Source: a virus (Duplodnaviria; Caudoviricetes). Taken from it: a stretch of DNA of 57,760 bases. Below are positions 27,801-37,952 of the stretch, one piece after another. The position numbers and the translations under genes were made by a program. The DNA lies in IMG/VR virus record IMGVR_UViG_3300006793_000033, positions 1 through 57,760 of that record; one strand, given 5' to 3'. The first letter of the stretch is position 1, and each line of letters starts with the position of its first letter. Below the pieces are notes generated by a model. That model saw nothing but the letters and a program-made list of their open reading frames with translations. It made no database searches and was not told the DNA's origin.

Positions 27801-30800
27801 CGTTGGAGTTTCAAGAAACGAACCCATACGTTGGTGAATTCATCAGCAGCACTGCCCCAGCCGCTATCGAGCTAGAAGAAGCTTACTGTCAGATTCTGAA
27901 GAAGTTGTATGAGTGGGATTTCGATGACAAGTACAAAGACGTCCTGACTCAAATCCTGATTGCCCAACTAGCCGGCAGTCAGACAACTAATCCTGGCGAC
28001 CCTGATTACGGCCAGTACGAACTGCAGTATATTGGCGCCAATCAGCTTGATGATATCGATGGCGTTGCATTGTATAGTGACGGAGCTTCTGAATACGTGG
28101 TCTTTGGCGACTCTGATCCTGCTCTTGCAAAACTCTTGCAGGCCGCACAAAGTGGGGTTGTGAGAATGCCTGGGACTGCGATCCTGGGTGTTCCTGCAGC
28201 GATCCTGGGTCAGCCGATCAACATCACGCAAACTACCGACCTGGGACGCCAGGCGGTACCAGGGCTTCTTCCTGGCGCAGGCGGGATCTCATGGGATGCA
28301 ACCGAGACCGTAATTAACTATCGCTACGATATCAGCAAGCTACTAAATCAGACCCAGTCGAATCAATTGTCTGCTGAAATTCCGCTGGCAAAGATCCTAG
28401 ACTACTGGGCGCTGGTGCACGAGACTATTGTCTCGGCCGAAATGATGTTGGCTGAAAATCAGCTGCAAGTGGCTAACCAAACAGGACGAGTTGAGCCAGG
28501 AGGCATCAGTGAGGAAACAGCCTACCAGGAATTGTACTGTCTACCTGTGAGGCCTTCGCTCTTCAAGTATTTTCAAGAGTGGCTTAAGATCGCGGCCGAG
28601 GAGCTAGCAGTTGATCTTGATATTAGACGCATTCCCCCGGGCCAGGCTACATGGCAGCTTGAAAACAATATCAACTGGATCTACTGGGAGAATCCTCTGG
28701 AGCCACATCAGCTCGGAAGAGTTAAGCCTAGTAATGCCCAGAAAGCTTTTGCTATTGCCGAGGCAGCAGGTCATGGCGTACTCAAGACGCTAGACGTTCA
28801 GTTTACTGCTATCACTGCTGTTTTGGGATTCGGCGAGCACCATGGGATTCGGACCCTCCTAGGCGAAGACCCGAGCCAGATTGAAGGCCACTTCTCTAGC
28901 TTTGTTGAGAGCCAATACGACCTTACTGCTACGCAAGTGGCTAAAAACTACCTGTGGAACCTACCCCTAAGGGAGCTTGCGGTTCAAGAAAGGTTCAAGA
29001 GCTATGTTACAGAGAACATTTTTGGCGACATCACCGGCACCCTAGTTGGTCGTGACGGAAGTCCCGTGTTTGAAAATTTGGTAGATCAGCTCAAAACTGT
29101 TGTTTCGTCTTGCGGGTATTGGATCCCCTCGGCGCACCCTGGCGCAAATCCTTGGTTCTTTGTCGGTGACACTATCAAGACTAGAACTAATGACGACTCT
29201 TACCTTCTGGAAGGCGGACACCTAACCCCCGATGTTGACGCCAAGGGCAGGGTTGAGGTTCCAACCTGGAACCCTGCCAGTGGCACTGCGGCTCATTTCC
29301 TCGCTAACGGAGCCAAGGGTATCTATAGCTGGAACGATCCGTTTATCTGGCGAGTAAACCCTGAGGGAGAGCAAAGCAAACTTAATTTCTTCAAGGGCGT
29401 GCTAGCTAGATACGCCGAGAACATCCGACAGGACTTTAGTTTCCTGAGAGCCTTTGGACTCTCTGGTCTCGGCAACATCAGTAGTCAGGCGCGCATTACT
29501 GGCGCTCCTGCCTACCCGGACTTGGATCTCCCACATCACCCGTACTATGGCGTTAGCACTTCTACGTCTCCTGACTTCTACATGTGGAACATTTACGAGG
29601 ACGCAGGCGCCAGCGACCCAGATACGGTCGACGCAATGTACGAGGCTATGTACTCCATTGTTGAGAACTGTTATCGAAGCATGAAGGGCCTAGAAGAAGG
29701 TTCTGCGCACAAAGATAAGATAGTACTTGAGCCTGGAACGGAGGACAAGATTATCATTCCTCAAGGCTATCGAGCTGAAGGCACCGACAGTAGCGACCGA
29801 GGCCCCACTGATTTTCCTTACGCGCCAAACCCTGATGCTGCGACCTCTAGGGTAAAGTACTTCGAAGAACTTTACAGTGAAGTAGAGAAGTCCGAAACGC
29901 AAACTCAGGACCTAAGCAAGAAAGCCGCAAAGCTTGCAACAGCAACCGCCACGCCAGTTGCTGGCGACCTGGTCGAGACTCTTGTTAGTCCGTCTATCAC
30001 TCGGGACCAGATTGACGCTTTGGGTAGCACTCAAATCCTAGACTTCAGGATGAGCCTTGGCGAAAACTTTAATGGCGTGGGCGGCGGGGTCCAGTACCCC
30101 CGCCGCATGCCTGCGGAGAAGTACGAGGAGCTAAAAACTACAGCTGCTGGAATCAAGCAAATGTTTGGATCCCGAGCTGGATACACTCTCGAAAAGGATT
30201 TTCCAGACGACGTCACGAACTCAACTAAGGGTACTGTTATTGAGCGTGACACCGACCCTTCCCATAGGTTCAACATTGAAAGCATCAAGGCGCTAGCCAA
30301 AGCTAGCGCCAAAGATATCACTAGTCAGAAGCGCACTATGCGTCGAGCATATCCAACCTTTAAGCTCTTTTTTGTCGAAGAAGATGAGTTTGAGAGTCGG
30401 CTACTGAACTTTGACGACTTCTTTAGCTACAATGGCGTCACAAGCTTCACTGTCGTTCAAAGTCGAAAGAGCCCAGCAGATCATGCTGTCATCACCCTCC
30501 TTAATGTCGGCGGCTCTCTTGATGGCACAAAGCGAGATGCCATCGTTGATCTAGATTACTACTCTGCTGAATTTTCTAAGACGAAGATTCCTGGAGAAGG
30601 AAGCAAGACTGGCGGCGACACGAATACCCAAGGCACTGCACTCGACCAACCGTTCGGAGCCGTAGTCCTGCGTCCAGGCTTGAATGTACAATTGCGAGTT
30701 GGATACAGCAACGACCCTGATGAGCTCCAGGTGCTTATCAGTGGTCGAGTTGCAGATATTCAGTGGAATGCTAGTGGGGACCGCGCAGAGCTTATGGTGC

Positions 30801-33800
30801 AGTCGTTTGGCACCGAACTGATGCAAGCTATCAAGGGCAGTTCTCATACTGATGATGCGCCCACGTATCCGACCACACACCACTTGCTTGGAGCCATGAT
30901 GCTTGAGCCTGAATTGGCTCACTTTGGTCGCTGGGAATTTGGACAGATTTATCAGCACGGCGAAGGCAGTGACGCAACACTAGATTTCAACGATTACTCT
31001 AGGGACGCTTTTCTTGGTCGCTTCAAAGCGTCGAATGCAGCTATGGAATGGATGCTAGAGCACCCGGTCATCACTGGAGCGTTGATTATTGGTGGTGGTG
31101 TGATCTTGAGCAAAGCCCCAGGGTCTGGAAGGCTCTTCCGTGGGGTTGCTAACAAGACCAGTACGGGTGGGTGGACTCACCGATTGCTATCCAGGCTGGG
31201 CATTACAGGCTCGGCTCCTGGCCAGCAACTATGGTTGAAGCAACTAGTTGACGTCGCAAGGACGCGCGCCCCTGGCAGTGTATTCAATGCAGGCAAGGGG
31301 ACACTCACTGCCGCCGATATTGCGGCAGTGAGTGCACAAAATGCAGGCCAGCGAGCTGTAACCTTCAGTCTCCTAAGGGAGATTAGTAAGAGAGCATTCG
31401 AAGCTGGTGCCACCAAAAATCCTCAGACCATTATTGCTCGGGCCAGAATCATTTTGCGAACAGCGACAAAGAAAGCCCTGGAGCCAGGATTGCCTCCAGG
31501 CAGGGTTGCTAGCATTATGGCTAGGGCCGATGCAGAAGTGATTGCGCTTGCGCACAGAGGGCAATGGATGACCAAGCCGGCCTCTTTCAGTTTTTCAAAG
31601 AACTTTCTCCTCAACGTTGGTGGACAGCCTATTCGAAACCTTGGGAGAGGTTTTATTCGAACTGTGCCTCAAGGTATCGCTGCAGCATCTGGTTTCGCTC
31701 TAGGTGCAGACGCACTTCTTTATGTGTTGGGGCCCCAGGTCCAACCACACATTGATCGTGTCAGGGCATATTTCCGAAGCAAGAAGGCTAGCATGTTTCT
31801 TAGTCCGCAAGACGACAACTTGTATCCGCCCCACCCTAAAGACTACATGGAGATCTATGACGCTGGGTACAAGGAGATGCTCAAGCAACTGGGTGCCTGG
31901 ACTATTCGAACTGGCATCAGCGCTTTCACATATAGTGATGAGCTTGGTTACGGTGCAGCGCGCTGGGCCCTGGGCTACGACGCACTAGATAAGAGGGTGG
32001 ACCCTAGTCTTTGTGAATTCTCGGTAACCGGACAAACAATTTGGGATGTGTTCCATGAAATGTCACTAAGACATCCCGGATGGATCTATGGTGTGCGGCC
32101 ATATGGGAACAAATTTCGTTACACTATGTTTTTTGGTGTACCTAGTCAACGATATTGGGCACGGCCTGCACACAACCAGTTTGTCTCGCGAGCCAATGAC
32201 CTCGCGAGACTCTTGACTTCCAGAGGTGACGATCCCGACATCACTATTGATGAGTACCTCAGGCTGTATGGCGGGGACTTTGGTGAAGACCAGAGCATGG
32301 AGGCAGTAACCGAAAACTTGCTGCTAGATGCGGCAGATGCGGCAATTGCAGAGAACTATCGCATCAGCGGTCGCAACACTGGTGATGGCGGCGAATTCTT
32401 CGTGCGCCAAGCTGCTATCGGCCAGGGCAGCTCAGCGCTGCACACGATCGGTACGGATGGCGAGCTGCACAGAACTTACGAGAATGTAGATACTGTTGTC
32501 ATGGATTCTGATATTCCAATTGAAGAGAGCCGCTTCTACAAGGCTGCGATTAACTCAACCCTGAGCAGTCGAGCTATTAAAGAATACATGACTGCGCTGG
32601 AGCTAAGGTTCGAGCCTTTCCGCCGCTATCATAGTCTTACCTCTGACCACGATATCGTTTGGAACGGACTAATTAGTAGCGAAAACGCAGTCTACAATGC
32701 CGTAGATGTTACTTACTTTGGTGAGGACTTCTCTGACGGGCCTGCTGGATCTCAGTTGTTCAAGGCTCACACATTCATTCCGGAGCACAAGCTTAGGGTT
32801 CTTCCGCTAGAACCAAGCTACAATGTTCGTGGTTACGGTATGGCCATGCGTTATGGAATGGGTGCGCTACTCCACACTATGAGGGATATGTACAGGGGTG
32901 AGATCATCTCCCTTGGCAATGCTCGAATTAGGCCTTGGGACATTTGTATCCTGGCTGACTCCTATAACGATATGGTGGGTCCAGTGGAGGTCGAGCAAGT
33001 AGTACACAGCTTTAGCCATGAGACTGGATTCATTACAGAGATCAAGCCTGGAGCAGTAGTGTTGGCAAACGAAACCAGCAGCTGGCCAGTACTGGAGGCG
33101 ATGAAGATGATGAGCCTTGCGACGAAAGACGTTGAAGACTCATTCCAAGGCCTGCGTCTTGGTGACGCAGGGAGCCTGGCGCACGCACTAGACTGGTTGC
33201 TCAACAAGGGGACGGGCGGGTCAGAGGAATACAAGGAGCATCTTGCTGAACGGGTCGAAGCACTCAGCCCGTTTGACGCCTTTGGATTGGAGGATGGAAC
33301 TAGTGACGCTCAAGACATTGAAGAGATTGGTGAAGTGTTGGGTTTCCGAAGTAAAGCAAATACAGCTGCCGTGTGGGTTACCGCTGGAGCCTCTATTGCC
33401 GCGAGTGCCGCGGCTTTCAAGGCTGCGCCACTGCTAGTGAGGGCTGTCCCACAGCTTGGTACTGGTTTTACTAGAATGACGGCTGCGACAACTACAGGCC
33501 TAGTTCTCTTCGGCGGCTCTGCTGCACTAATGGGTATGGCTGGAAGCGCCACTCCATCTCTACAGTGGCTCTTGGGTGGTCCCGTGCTGTTCCTAAGTTG
33601 CTTGCGTGGAGACTCCATCATGATGATTCCACTGATGAAGAACGGTCACCCAATTGTCTCTGGCCTGAACTTGTCTGACCCCTCTATGATCTGGAACAAT
33701 TTCAAGGGAGATCTTGGCCGCTGGGCTGATGACCATATCAGCGGCACCAGAGACTTGTCAGCTATCTGGCGACTTTATGGCACCAATAGCTGGAGGAGGT

Positions 33801-33886
33801 TCAATACCAATACTGCCGCCCCAGACGGAAGCTATTATGACGACAGCCAAACCGCTTATGCGGAGCTGACTGGCGAGGAAAGGTAA
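24827..33886 (+). CDS. Giant baseplate hub / tail-associated lysin fusion with an M23 metallopeptidase domain (3019 aa)
   Basis: M23 motifs 'HVGTDF...VFAVADG', 'YSHL...VSQGERVDAGQLIGYTGNTG' and 'HLHFE'. Hub (gp27/gpD-like) segments 'LRPGLNVQLRVGYS...SGRVADI' and 'GNARIRPWD...VEQVVHSFSHETGFITEI'. Several hydrophobic helices. Confidence 0.75.
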   Translation: MPGNPQSLEDRIKVESGDLVEVPRADKNLHSFRINDVDLVVPPTDITIQKEDLIHQWRTLRSNASTKIPSGQGQIAVSVIIAFTGGQILDMHRLLVEFRHSPFCYIENRFLRESVVPHWPGTQNMAFTMTGLSIAPMQGSSDTWIMQLDLTWFNYAPYLHNWFYRLDWHTVPVRAEGELEEQEPVEITIGWDWDGERKIPRHTILPGLFGEDSEIRTWNVVSNKYNDREVLSIEQMQELHRGEIFDLQPLPNRMQPAAMVSRPDQSRIYTRYINYLQRDALKRNFGIDVEGDLRTPDGKPTAVSSAMFSAVLEGERRRTFSLHSGPPRDSSIYRAWRAAADKWITNINSYHGGVVFSFAAYNELRLPAEYAEAIQRAHADSIENAKNDLGLKNEFAPEWVDHFDYDGMVNMRREPRVFARSLVRRGWTDPNGKYVPIGPLGSLVPYDVDKVPLPDLSIGQTAHVSYRGPDTAKRLYGSESLHRMHVGTDFPTQIGQPVFAVADGYVAKANNHKTSDDGIFKLMQLDDDDWAPLFDAVYAEAPVPNTNSPRDQESSGPNDFERSLRAHVPGVKFHGPGNVIETDAGYWPVGTAVPSIDIPGAYYVVMPTPGGKGITLSHSDDELSIYSHLSEVLVSQGERVDAGQLIGYTGNTGPFKEEFLKQALDSVQSPVLPHQGGLSQIVPTDEKFLTEGSEEPTSIWKRSAHLHFEYWERLDKDGARDPEYPADEIPRYYHPDKETLCPVDPINSFKLAISGSPVIQVNPVLLRPDDEDVANYLTDELGEDTAGALMETLSALWDDGWMYYDHEASVTNVWWKQFHVNAQRQVGELNENSLKFNPLVLTAVAGGLRHVVANIPILGHEFPTQQHLGSIEPFYSFEFCSLDNLGNGPEYLAGLPKEAQLLLSMRDLLHSNARNFRPVVDSWTVAGDSFVTRLLGSYRHEDVLWKPGEEVVEDPLSGPRKVASDTKLLRRLINTRGTSQTVKGQPGLSCHSLEFQETNPYVGEFISSTAPAAIELEEAYCQILKKLYEWDFDDKYKDVLTQILIAQLAGSQTTNPGDPDYGQYELQYIGANQLDDIDGVALYSDGASEYVVFGDSDPALAKLLQAAQSGVVRMPGTAILGVPAAILGQPINITQTTDLGRQAVPGLLPGAGGISWDATETVINYRYDISKLLNQTQSNQLSAEIPLAKILDYWALVHETIVSAEMMLAENQLQVANQTGRVEPGGISEETAYQELYCLPVRPSLFKYFQEWLKIAAEELAVDLDIRRIPPGQATWQLENNINWIYWENPLEPHQLGRVKPSNAQKAFAIAEAAGHGVLKTLDVQFTAITAVLGFGEHHGIRTLLGEDPSQIEGHFSSFVESQYDLTATQVAKNYLWNLPLRELAVQERFKSYVTENIFGDITGTLVGRDGSPVFENLVDQLKTVVSSCGYWIPSAHPGANPWFFVGDTIKTRTNDDSYLLEGGHLTPDVDAKGRVEVPTWNPASGTAAHFLANGAKGIYSWNDPFIWRVNPEGEQSKLNFFKGVLARYAENIRQDFSFLRAFGLSGLGNISSQARITGAPAYPDLDLPHHPYYGVSTSTSPDFYMWNIYEDAGASDPDTVDAMYEAMYSIVENCYRSMKGLEEGSAHKDKIVLEPGTEDKIIIPQGYRAEGTDSSDRGPTDFPYAPNPDAATSRVKYFEELYSEVEKSETQTQDLSKKAAKLATATATPVAGDLVETLVSPSITRDQIDALGSTQILDFRMSLGENFNGVGGGVQYPRRMPAEKYEELKTTAAGIKQMFGSRAGYTLEKDFPDDVTNSTKGTVIERDTDPSHRFNIESIKALAKASAKDITSQKRTMRRAYPTFKLFFVEEDEFESRLLNFDDFFSYNGVTSFTVVQSRKSPADHAVITLLNVGGSLDGTKRDAIVDLDYYSAEFSKTKIPGEGSKTGGDTNTQGTALDQPFGAVVLRPGLNVQLRVGYSNDPDELQVLISGRVADIQWNASGDRAELMVQSFGTELMQAIKGSSHTDDAPTYPTTHHLLGAMMLEPELAHFGRWEFGQIYQHGEGSDATLDFNDYSRDAFLGRFKASNAAMEWMLEHPVITGALIIGGGVILSKAPGSGRLFRGVANKTSTGGWTHRLLSRLGITGSAPGQQLWLKQLVDVARTRAPGSVFNAGKGTLTAADIAAVSAQNAGQRAVTFSLLREISKRAFEAGATKNPQTIIARARIILRTATKKALEPGLPPGRVASIMARADAEVIALAHRGQWMTKPASFSFSKNFLLNVGGQPIRNLGRGFIRTVPQGIAAASGFALGADALLYVLGPQVQPHIDRVRAYFRSKKASMFLSPQDDNLYPPHPKDYMEIYDAGYKEMLKQLGAWTIRTGISAFTYSDELGYGAARWALGYDALDKRVDPSLCEFSVTGQTIWDVFHEMSLRHPGWIYGVRPYGNKFRYTMFFGVPSQRYWARPAHNQFVSRANDLARLLTSRGDDPDITIDEYLRLYGGDFGEDQSMEAVTENLLLDAADAAIAENYRISGRNTGDGGEFFVRQAAIGQGSSALHTIGTDGELHRTYENVDTVVMDSDIPIEESRFYKAAINSTLSSRAIKEYMTALELRFEPFRRYHSLTSDHDIVWNGLISSENAVYNAVDVTYFGEDFSDGPAGSQLFKAHTFIPEHKLRVLPLEPSYNVRGYGMAMRYGMGALLHTMRDMYRGEIISLGNARIRPWDICILADSYNDMVGPVEVEQVVHSFSHETGFITEIKPGAVVLANETSSWPVLEAMKMMSLATKDVEDSFQGLRLGDAGSLAHALDWLLNKGTGGSEEYKEHLAERVEALSPFDAFGLEDGTSDAQDIEEIGEVLGFRSKANTAAVWVTAGASIAASAAAFKAAPLLVRAVPQLGTGFTRMTAATTTGLVLFGGSAALMGMAGSATPSLQWLLGGPVLFLSCLRGDSIMMIPLMKNGHPIVSGLNLSDPSMIWNNFKGDLGRWADDHISGTRDLSAIWRLYGTNSWRRFNTNTAAPDGSYYDDSQTAYAELTGEER

Positions 33887-34320
33887 TGCCTAGTACAATC
33901 CCGCAAAATTCCCTTCAAGAAGCGAGAAGGAAGGCTGAGCAGTACAAGAAGCGCCCAGACATTACTGGGCGCAACCAAGCTGCTGTTGTCATTCTTAAAG
34001 TGTACGACCCAGACGTACTTGGGGGTGAGGGTGTGCCCAGTGGGCTAGTGCCTTATGTTAGTAAGCGTCCGGGAACTCTGTTTGCAAAGGTACGCATCTT
34101 GAGGTCTGGTAAAGAACTGTTTGTTGGCTTTAGAGATTCAGAAGCAACGCTGCTGTCTTCTTTCGGCAACAGCGTGCTTCTTGAAGGACTTCGGGGTACA
34201 ATCTTGTACAATGGTCTTCGCCCAGAAGACGGTCAGTTGATCGTCACTGGGCACCCTACAAGCAGGCTCCGGGGCTTGGCGTCCGAAACCTCAACGTTCG
34301 ATATCTCAGGGATTTTCTAA
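33886..34320 (+). CDS. Baseplate-region hypothetical protein (possible spike-associated OB-fold)
   Basis: TAATG-coupled to the hub gene; beta-rich, 144 aa; function guessed from position only. Confidence 0.35.
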   Translation: MPSTIPQNSLQEARRKAEQYKKRPDITGRNQAAVVILKVYDPDVLGGEGVPSGLVPYVSKRPGTLFAKVRILRSGKELFVGFRDSEATLLSSFGNSVLLEGLRGTILYNGLRPEDGQLIVTGHPTSRLRGLASETSTFDISGIF

Positions 34321-34688
34321 TGGCAAATCAAAGACCGCAAAAGACTTGGCGTATGAGTTACTGGGTCGGCCGCGAAGACAAAGTCGAGGGCGCAATCTCT
34401 ATTCTCTCCAATCCTGCTGAGCTGCGCATGGGCGTCGGTCAGAAGTCTTTCATTAGCGTACATGAAGACAAGATTAGCATGTCCGGAGGTACTCCCTCTG
34501 TCATCAGCATTCAGGGTATGAGCAGTAGCATGAAGTACGCCGGCATGATCCAGGACCTTCCCTGGCCGCTCACCATGATTCCCAGCACGACCTACACCCC
34601 TTTCCCCAAGCAGTTGATCATTCCCCCTTTTCTAGATCAGCTTCCGACAATCATTCAGACAGCCACACTTCTTACTGGCTTGATCTAA
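34320..34688 (+). CDS. Baseplate-region hypothetical protein (possible spike component)
   Basis: TAATG-coupled; short beta-strand-like segments then a Pro-rich C-terminus; lies before the gp25-like gene. Confidence 0.35.
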   Translation: MANQRPQKTWRMSYWVGREDKVEGAISILSNPAELRMGVGQKSFISVHEDKISMSGGTPSVISIQGMSSSMKYAGMIQDLPWPLTMIPSTTYTPFPKQLIIPPFLDQLPTIIQTATLLTGLI

Positions 34689-34697
34689 GGAGACCAG

Positions 34698-35126
34698 ATG
34701 AGCAGACTACGCGACATGCATGATCTCAAGTGGAGTTCCAGTGGGGACTTTGTTCTTGACGAAAACGAACTAGACCTGAAGGATACGCGGGATGAGAACT
34801 ACCGTGGAGCCATTCAAAGAATTCAGACCCGTCTGCAAAGCTCAAAAGGGGACTGGCGAGCTAGCCCTCAAACTGGCGCCAATCTGAAGACATACGCTGG
34901 GCTACCAAACACTCCGACAACTGGAGCAGAGGTTCAGAACGCTATTGTAAACGAACTGATGAGAGGTAGTTTGTTGAGACCGCAGGAAGTCCAGGTCGAT
35001 GTTTTCCCTCTCTCCGAGAGCGCAATGGCAACACTCGTCCGCATCTCTCCGCTGGGCCAGCGCGAAACCATCACCCTGATCAATAGCTACGACCTAGCCG
35101 ATAACAAGATCAGCCCGAGGAACTAA
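34698..35126 (+). CDS. Baseplate wedge / sheath initiator, gp25-like
   Basis: 'IQRIQTRLQSSKGDWRASPQTGANL' matches the gp25/GPW family pattern; RBS AAGGAG; precedes baseplate J. Confidence 0.75.
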   Translation: MSRLRDMHDLKWSSSGDFVLDENELDLKDTRDENYRGAIQRIQTRLQSSKGDWRASPQTGANLKTYAGLPNTPTTGAEVQNAIVNELMRGSLLRPQEVQVDVFPLSESAMATLVRISPLGQRETITLINSYDLADNKISPRN

Positions 35127-36349
35127 TGCCAATTACTCCAGAAAGAAAGAACTCGTTGCTAATTGCTCGTGACTTTCGCAGTCAGTTTACAAGTCGAACC
35201 GGCATCACTGACTTCGATACTGATTCGAAGTCAGATGCACTTATCCAAGTGTTCCTTGACCAGGTGATCGACGCCCGCAATGAAGCTATTGGGGCGTTCT
35301 ATGGGAATCAAATCTCTAACGCTACTGGTGAGCAACTAGATATTATCGGACAAGACATGGGTCTACCTCGACTGGCCGAAACATTTGCTGAGGGTCACAG
35401 ATCAGATCAGAACCTTGCCTTCTATGTTAGTTCTGGGAATTTTGGTGACCTCAATGGTGCAGCCGACATTCTTGTACCTGCGGGGACCCGCATTTACTCT
35501 GACGCGAACGAGAACGAACTTGGTGCCGAAATTAGTTACTTGACCACACAGGACGTTACTCTACCCGCTAGCAGTACAGTTCAATTCTTTGGGGCCCGCT
35601 GTAAAGCCAGCGGGCCTATTGGGAATGTTGGCTCATCAGTTATGCGCAACCACAACTTCACAAACTATGTTGCTGGCACCGGACTTCGGGCCATTAACTT
35701 CTATAGTCTTTTGAACGGCAGGGCACAAGAAAGTGACAGGAACTATCGCTTCAGACTTAGCCGCCGCTATGACACCCTATCTACCTCCAACCACACCAGA
35801 CTACATCTCAGAGCACTGCGAGTTCCTGGCGTCTTGGACACCAGGATCTTCAGCGGTTTCTTTGGAATTGGAACCGTAGCTGTGGTAGTGCTTGGTGCGG
35901 AGAACCAAAGTAATCCTGCCCTCGTTAGGGCAGTGCAAGCTCGCATGCTTGATCTGTCAGGGCCGGGCATGGACATTTCTGTGACAGCAGCAACAGCAGT
36001 CTACTTTGACTTGGAGATGGAAGTGAAAACGCTTCGAACGCTCTCGGGCGGAGAGAAGCGACAAGTGGAAGCAACAATGAAGCGTGCGTTGAGAAACCAC
36101 TTCAGAAGTGCAGGAATTGCATCATCAATCTCCCTCCTACAAGCTGCGAAAGAAGTCCAAAGCTACACTCAAGGTTCAGTAAGACTTGTATCTCTCGGCA
36201 AGCCTGCTGAGATTTTCAAGACAGTATATATCCGGCGCGGTCCATCTGGTGGTATTGCCACAGAGCGAGATTTGCTAGAGAACGGCTCATACGCTTTGGA
36301 TCGAGATGAATTCGCTGATCTTGGTACCTTTAGCGTAACGTACCTTTGA
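35126..36349 (+). CDS. Baseplate J-like (gp6-like) wedge protein
   Basis: 'ATGEQLDIIGQDMGLPR', 'VPAGTRI', 'GPIGNV', 'GRAQESDRNYRFRL', 'VPGV' and 'GTVAVVV' are classic Baseplate_J motifs. Confidence 0.85.
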   Translation: MPITPERKNSLLIARDFRSQFTSRTGITDFDTDSKSDALIQVFLDQVIDARNEAIGAFYGNQISNATGEQLDIIGQDMGLPRLAETFAEGHRSDQNLAFYVSSGNFGDLNGAADILVPAGTRIYSDANENELGAEISYLTTQDVTLPASSTVQFFGARCKASGPIGNVGSSVMRNHNFTNYVAGTGLRAINFYSLLNGRAQESDRNYRFRLSRRYDTLSTSNHTRLHLRALRVPGVLDTRIFSGFFGIGTVAVVVLGAENQSNPALVRAVQARMLDLSGPGMDISVTAATAVYFDLEMEVKTLRTLSGGEKRQVEATMKRALRNHFRSAGIASSISLLQAAKEVQSYTQGSVRLVSLGKPAEIFKTVYIRRGPSGGIATERDLLENGSYALDRDEFADLGTFSVTYL

Positions 36350-36356
36350 GATTCAT

Positions 36357-37952
36357 ATGTCTTTCCGTACACAACGACTAGCAAACGCTTTCCCTCTCTG
36401 GTCTAAGATCCGAAGGGATGAAAGCTCATTCGGTCATCGCCTACTAGATACTTTCGCCGAAGTAACGGCAGAGCAGACCGTTACCGCGCGTAAACTTGCT
36501 GATGACCCTCACCTGTTGAAACCCTATCTAGGGGTGGGTTGCTTGTGGAGCGTCTATCTAGACGAAGACGATGTTTTTCAAAAGGCCGACACTGCTGCAG
36601 GTACGTTTACATATATCTACCCTGACGTAGTCGGTACTCTAGATGCCGTTGATTATACATTGGTGCGCTATGAAGATCTTATCACTCTTCTTAATGCTAC
36701 ACCTGCGCGCATTGCGCAGGTGGATTCCCAAGCGTATTCCTCTTTCACTGTTTGGGATAGTTCGACCCCTTACGCATACGGGTCACTTCCAAGGCCCGAG
36801 CGTTTGTATATCGATGTTACCGATACGACTTTCTTCTCTAGAAAGTCTAACGTCAACGATAGAGAGTATAGTGGCAGGCACGTAATCCAGGTTGTCGGTA
36901 CTGATGAGAACGACATTGCTATTAGGGAGTATGTTCGCATCCCTGACGAAGGAGTGTACTCGACGCGCAACATCTACAAGACCGTAACGGAAGTCATTAC
37001 CGAGGGTTTTGACGGCAATGTATTGATCGAGTGGTTTCCAAACGCACAAAGCTTTGAGCCAGATCCATACAGAACAGCAATTTTTGATGACTTTGAGGGC
37101 CAGCTCAGGCTTTCACTATCTACCCAGGTAGTTGGAGGTCCTACGTATTCTTACGTAGAGTACTCGTCACCTCGCCTTAAGCTCGGTGAGCAATACCGAA
37201 GAACCGGGATTGAGCTCACGAGCAACGTTGAGACCCTGGCAGAAGTAGTTCTTTTGAACTCTTCAGGTAACCCGTACACAGCAGTTGATTTGGCGATCAA
37301 TCACCAGACGTCCAAGATGTATGTCTTGGATAGTCAGGGCAACGTGCACGTTTACGACCATGAGCTCTCTTCGTTCTCGGTGTTTGACTCCACCGATACT
37401 GAGACAGACAGCACGTACATTGAGCTGGTTCCTCTTCGTCATCGAGCAAAATTCGGAGATACCGAATACCTTTATACTCACTTCGCGCGCTTGCGCCAAA
37501 GTATCAATAAGATTGAGATTAAGCGTCGCGACCCTGCAGGAAATATTGAGTACTTGCAGTTGGACAAAAGCACCTGGGGTGCGGCTCAAGCATACATTGC
37601 TGCCGCCAATCCCAGCGCTGCCCTGCCTGAAAGCAGTTGGCAGGACTTTAGATTTGCCACTGAGTACAACCAACTAGGACAGTGGGAGTACACGCTTACG
37701 ACTGTCAGCACGGTTGATACGACGGTATACGTCACGGCTGTTCTTGTAGGAAGTATGACGGCGGATGTGTCACTCTCAACAGCTGTGGTCTCTCCAACTG
37801 CAGTAGGGTTCAGTAAAGAAGGATATCTTGGCGTAACCCAGGGTAGTGAGGTAAAATACTTTGAAGAGTTTGTAGACGGGTGGACAGCCGACACTCGTAC
37901 TGATCGCATCCTTATGCGATCTAACTATGACTCACTAGAGGTTACTTACTGA
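36357..37952 (+). CDS. Baseplate structural protein (531 aa)
   Basis: Follows baseplate J; beta-rich with a propeller-blade-like segment ('AVDLAINHQTSKMYVLDSQGNVHVYD'). Confidence 0.45.
   Translation: MSFRTQRLANAFPLWSKIRRDESSFGHRLLDTFAEVTAEQTVTARKLADDPHLLKPYLGVGCLWSVYLDEDDVFQKADTAAGTFTYIYPDVVGTLDAVDYTLVRYEDLITLLNATPARIAQVDSQAYSSFTVWDSSTPYAYGSLPRPERLYIDVTDTTFFSRKSNVNDREYSGRHVIQVVGTDENDIAIREYVRIPDEGVYSTRNIYKTVTEVITEGFDGNVLIEWFPNAQSFEPDPYRTAIFDDFEGQLRLSLSTQVVGGPTYSYVEYSSPRLKLGEQYRRTGIELTSNVETLAEVVLLNSSGNPYTAVDLAINHQTSKMYVLDSQGNVHVYDHELSSFSVFDSTDTETDSTYIELVPLRHRAKFGDTEYLYTHFARLRQSINKIEIKRRDPAGNIEYLQLDKSTWGAAQAYIAAANPSAALPESSWQDFRFATEYNQLGQWEYTLTTVSTVDTTVYVTAVLVGSMTADVSLSTAVVSPTAVGFSKEGYLGVTQGSEVKYFEEFVDGWTADTRTDRILMRSNYDSLEVTY

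Noticed and set aside
9503-36349. Extracellular contractile injection system, tailocin or T6SS
   Set aside because: Portal, prohead protease and major capsid genes are in the same operon, so this is a complete phage virion module.
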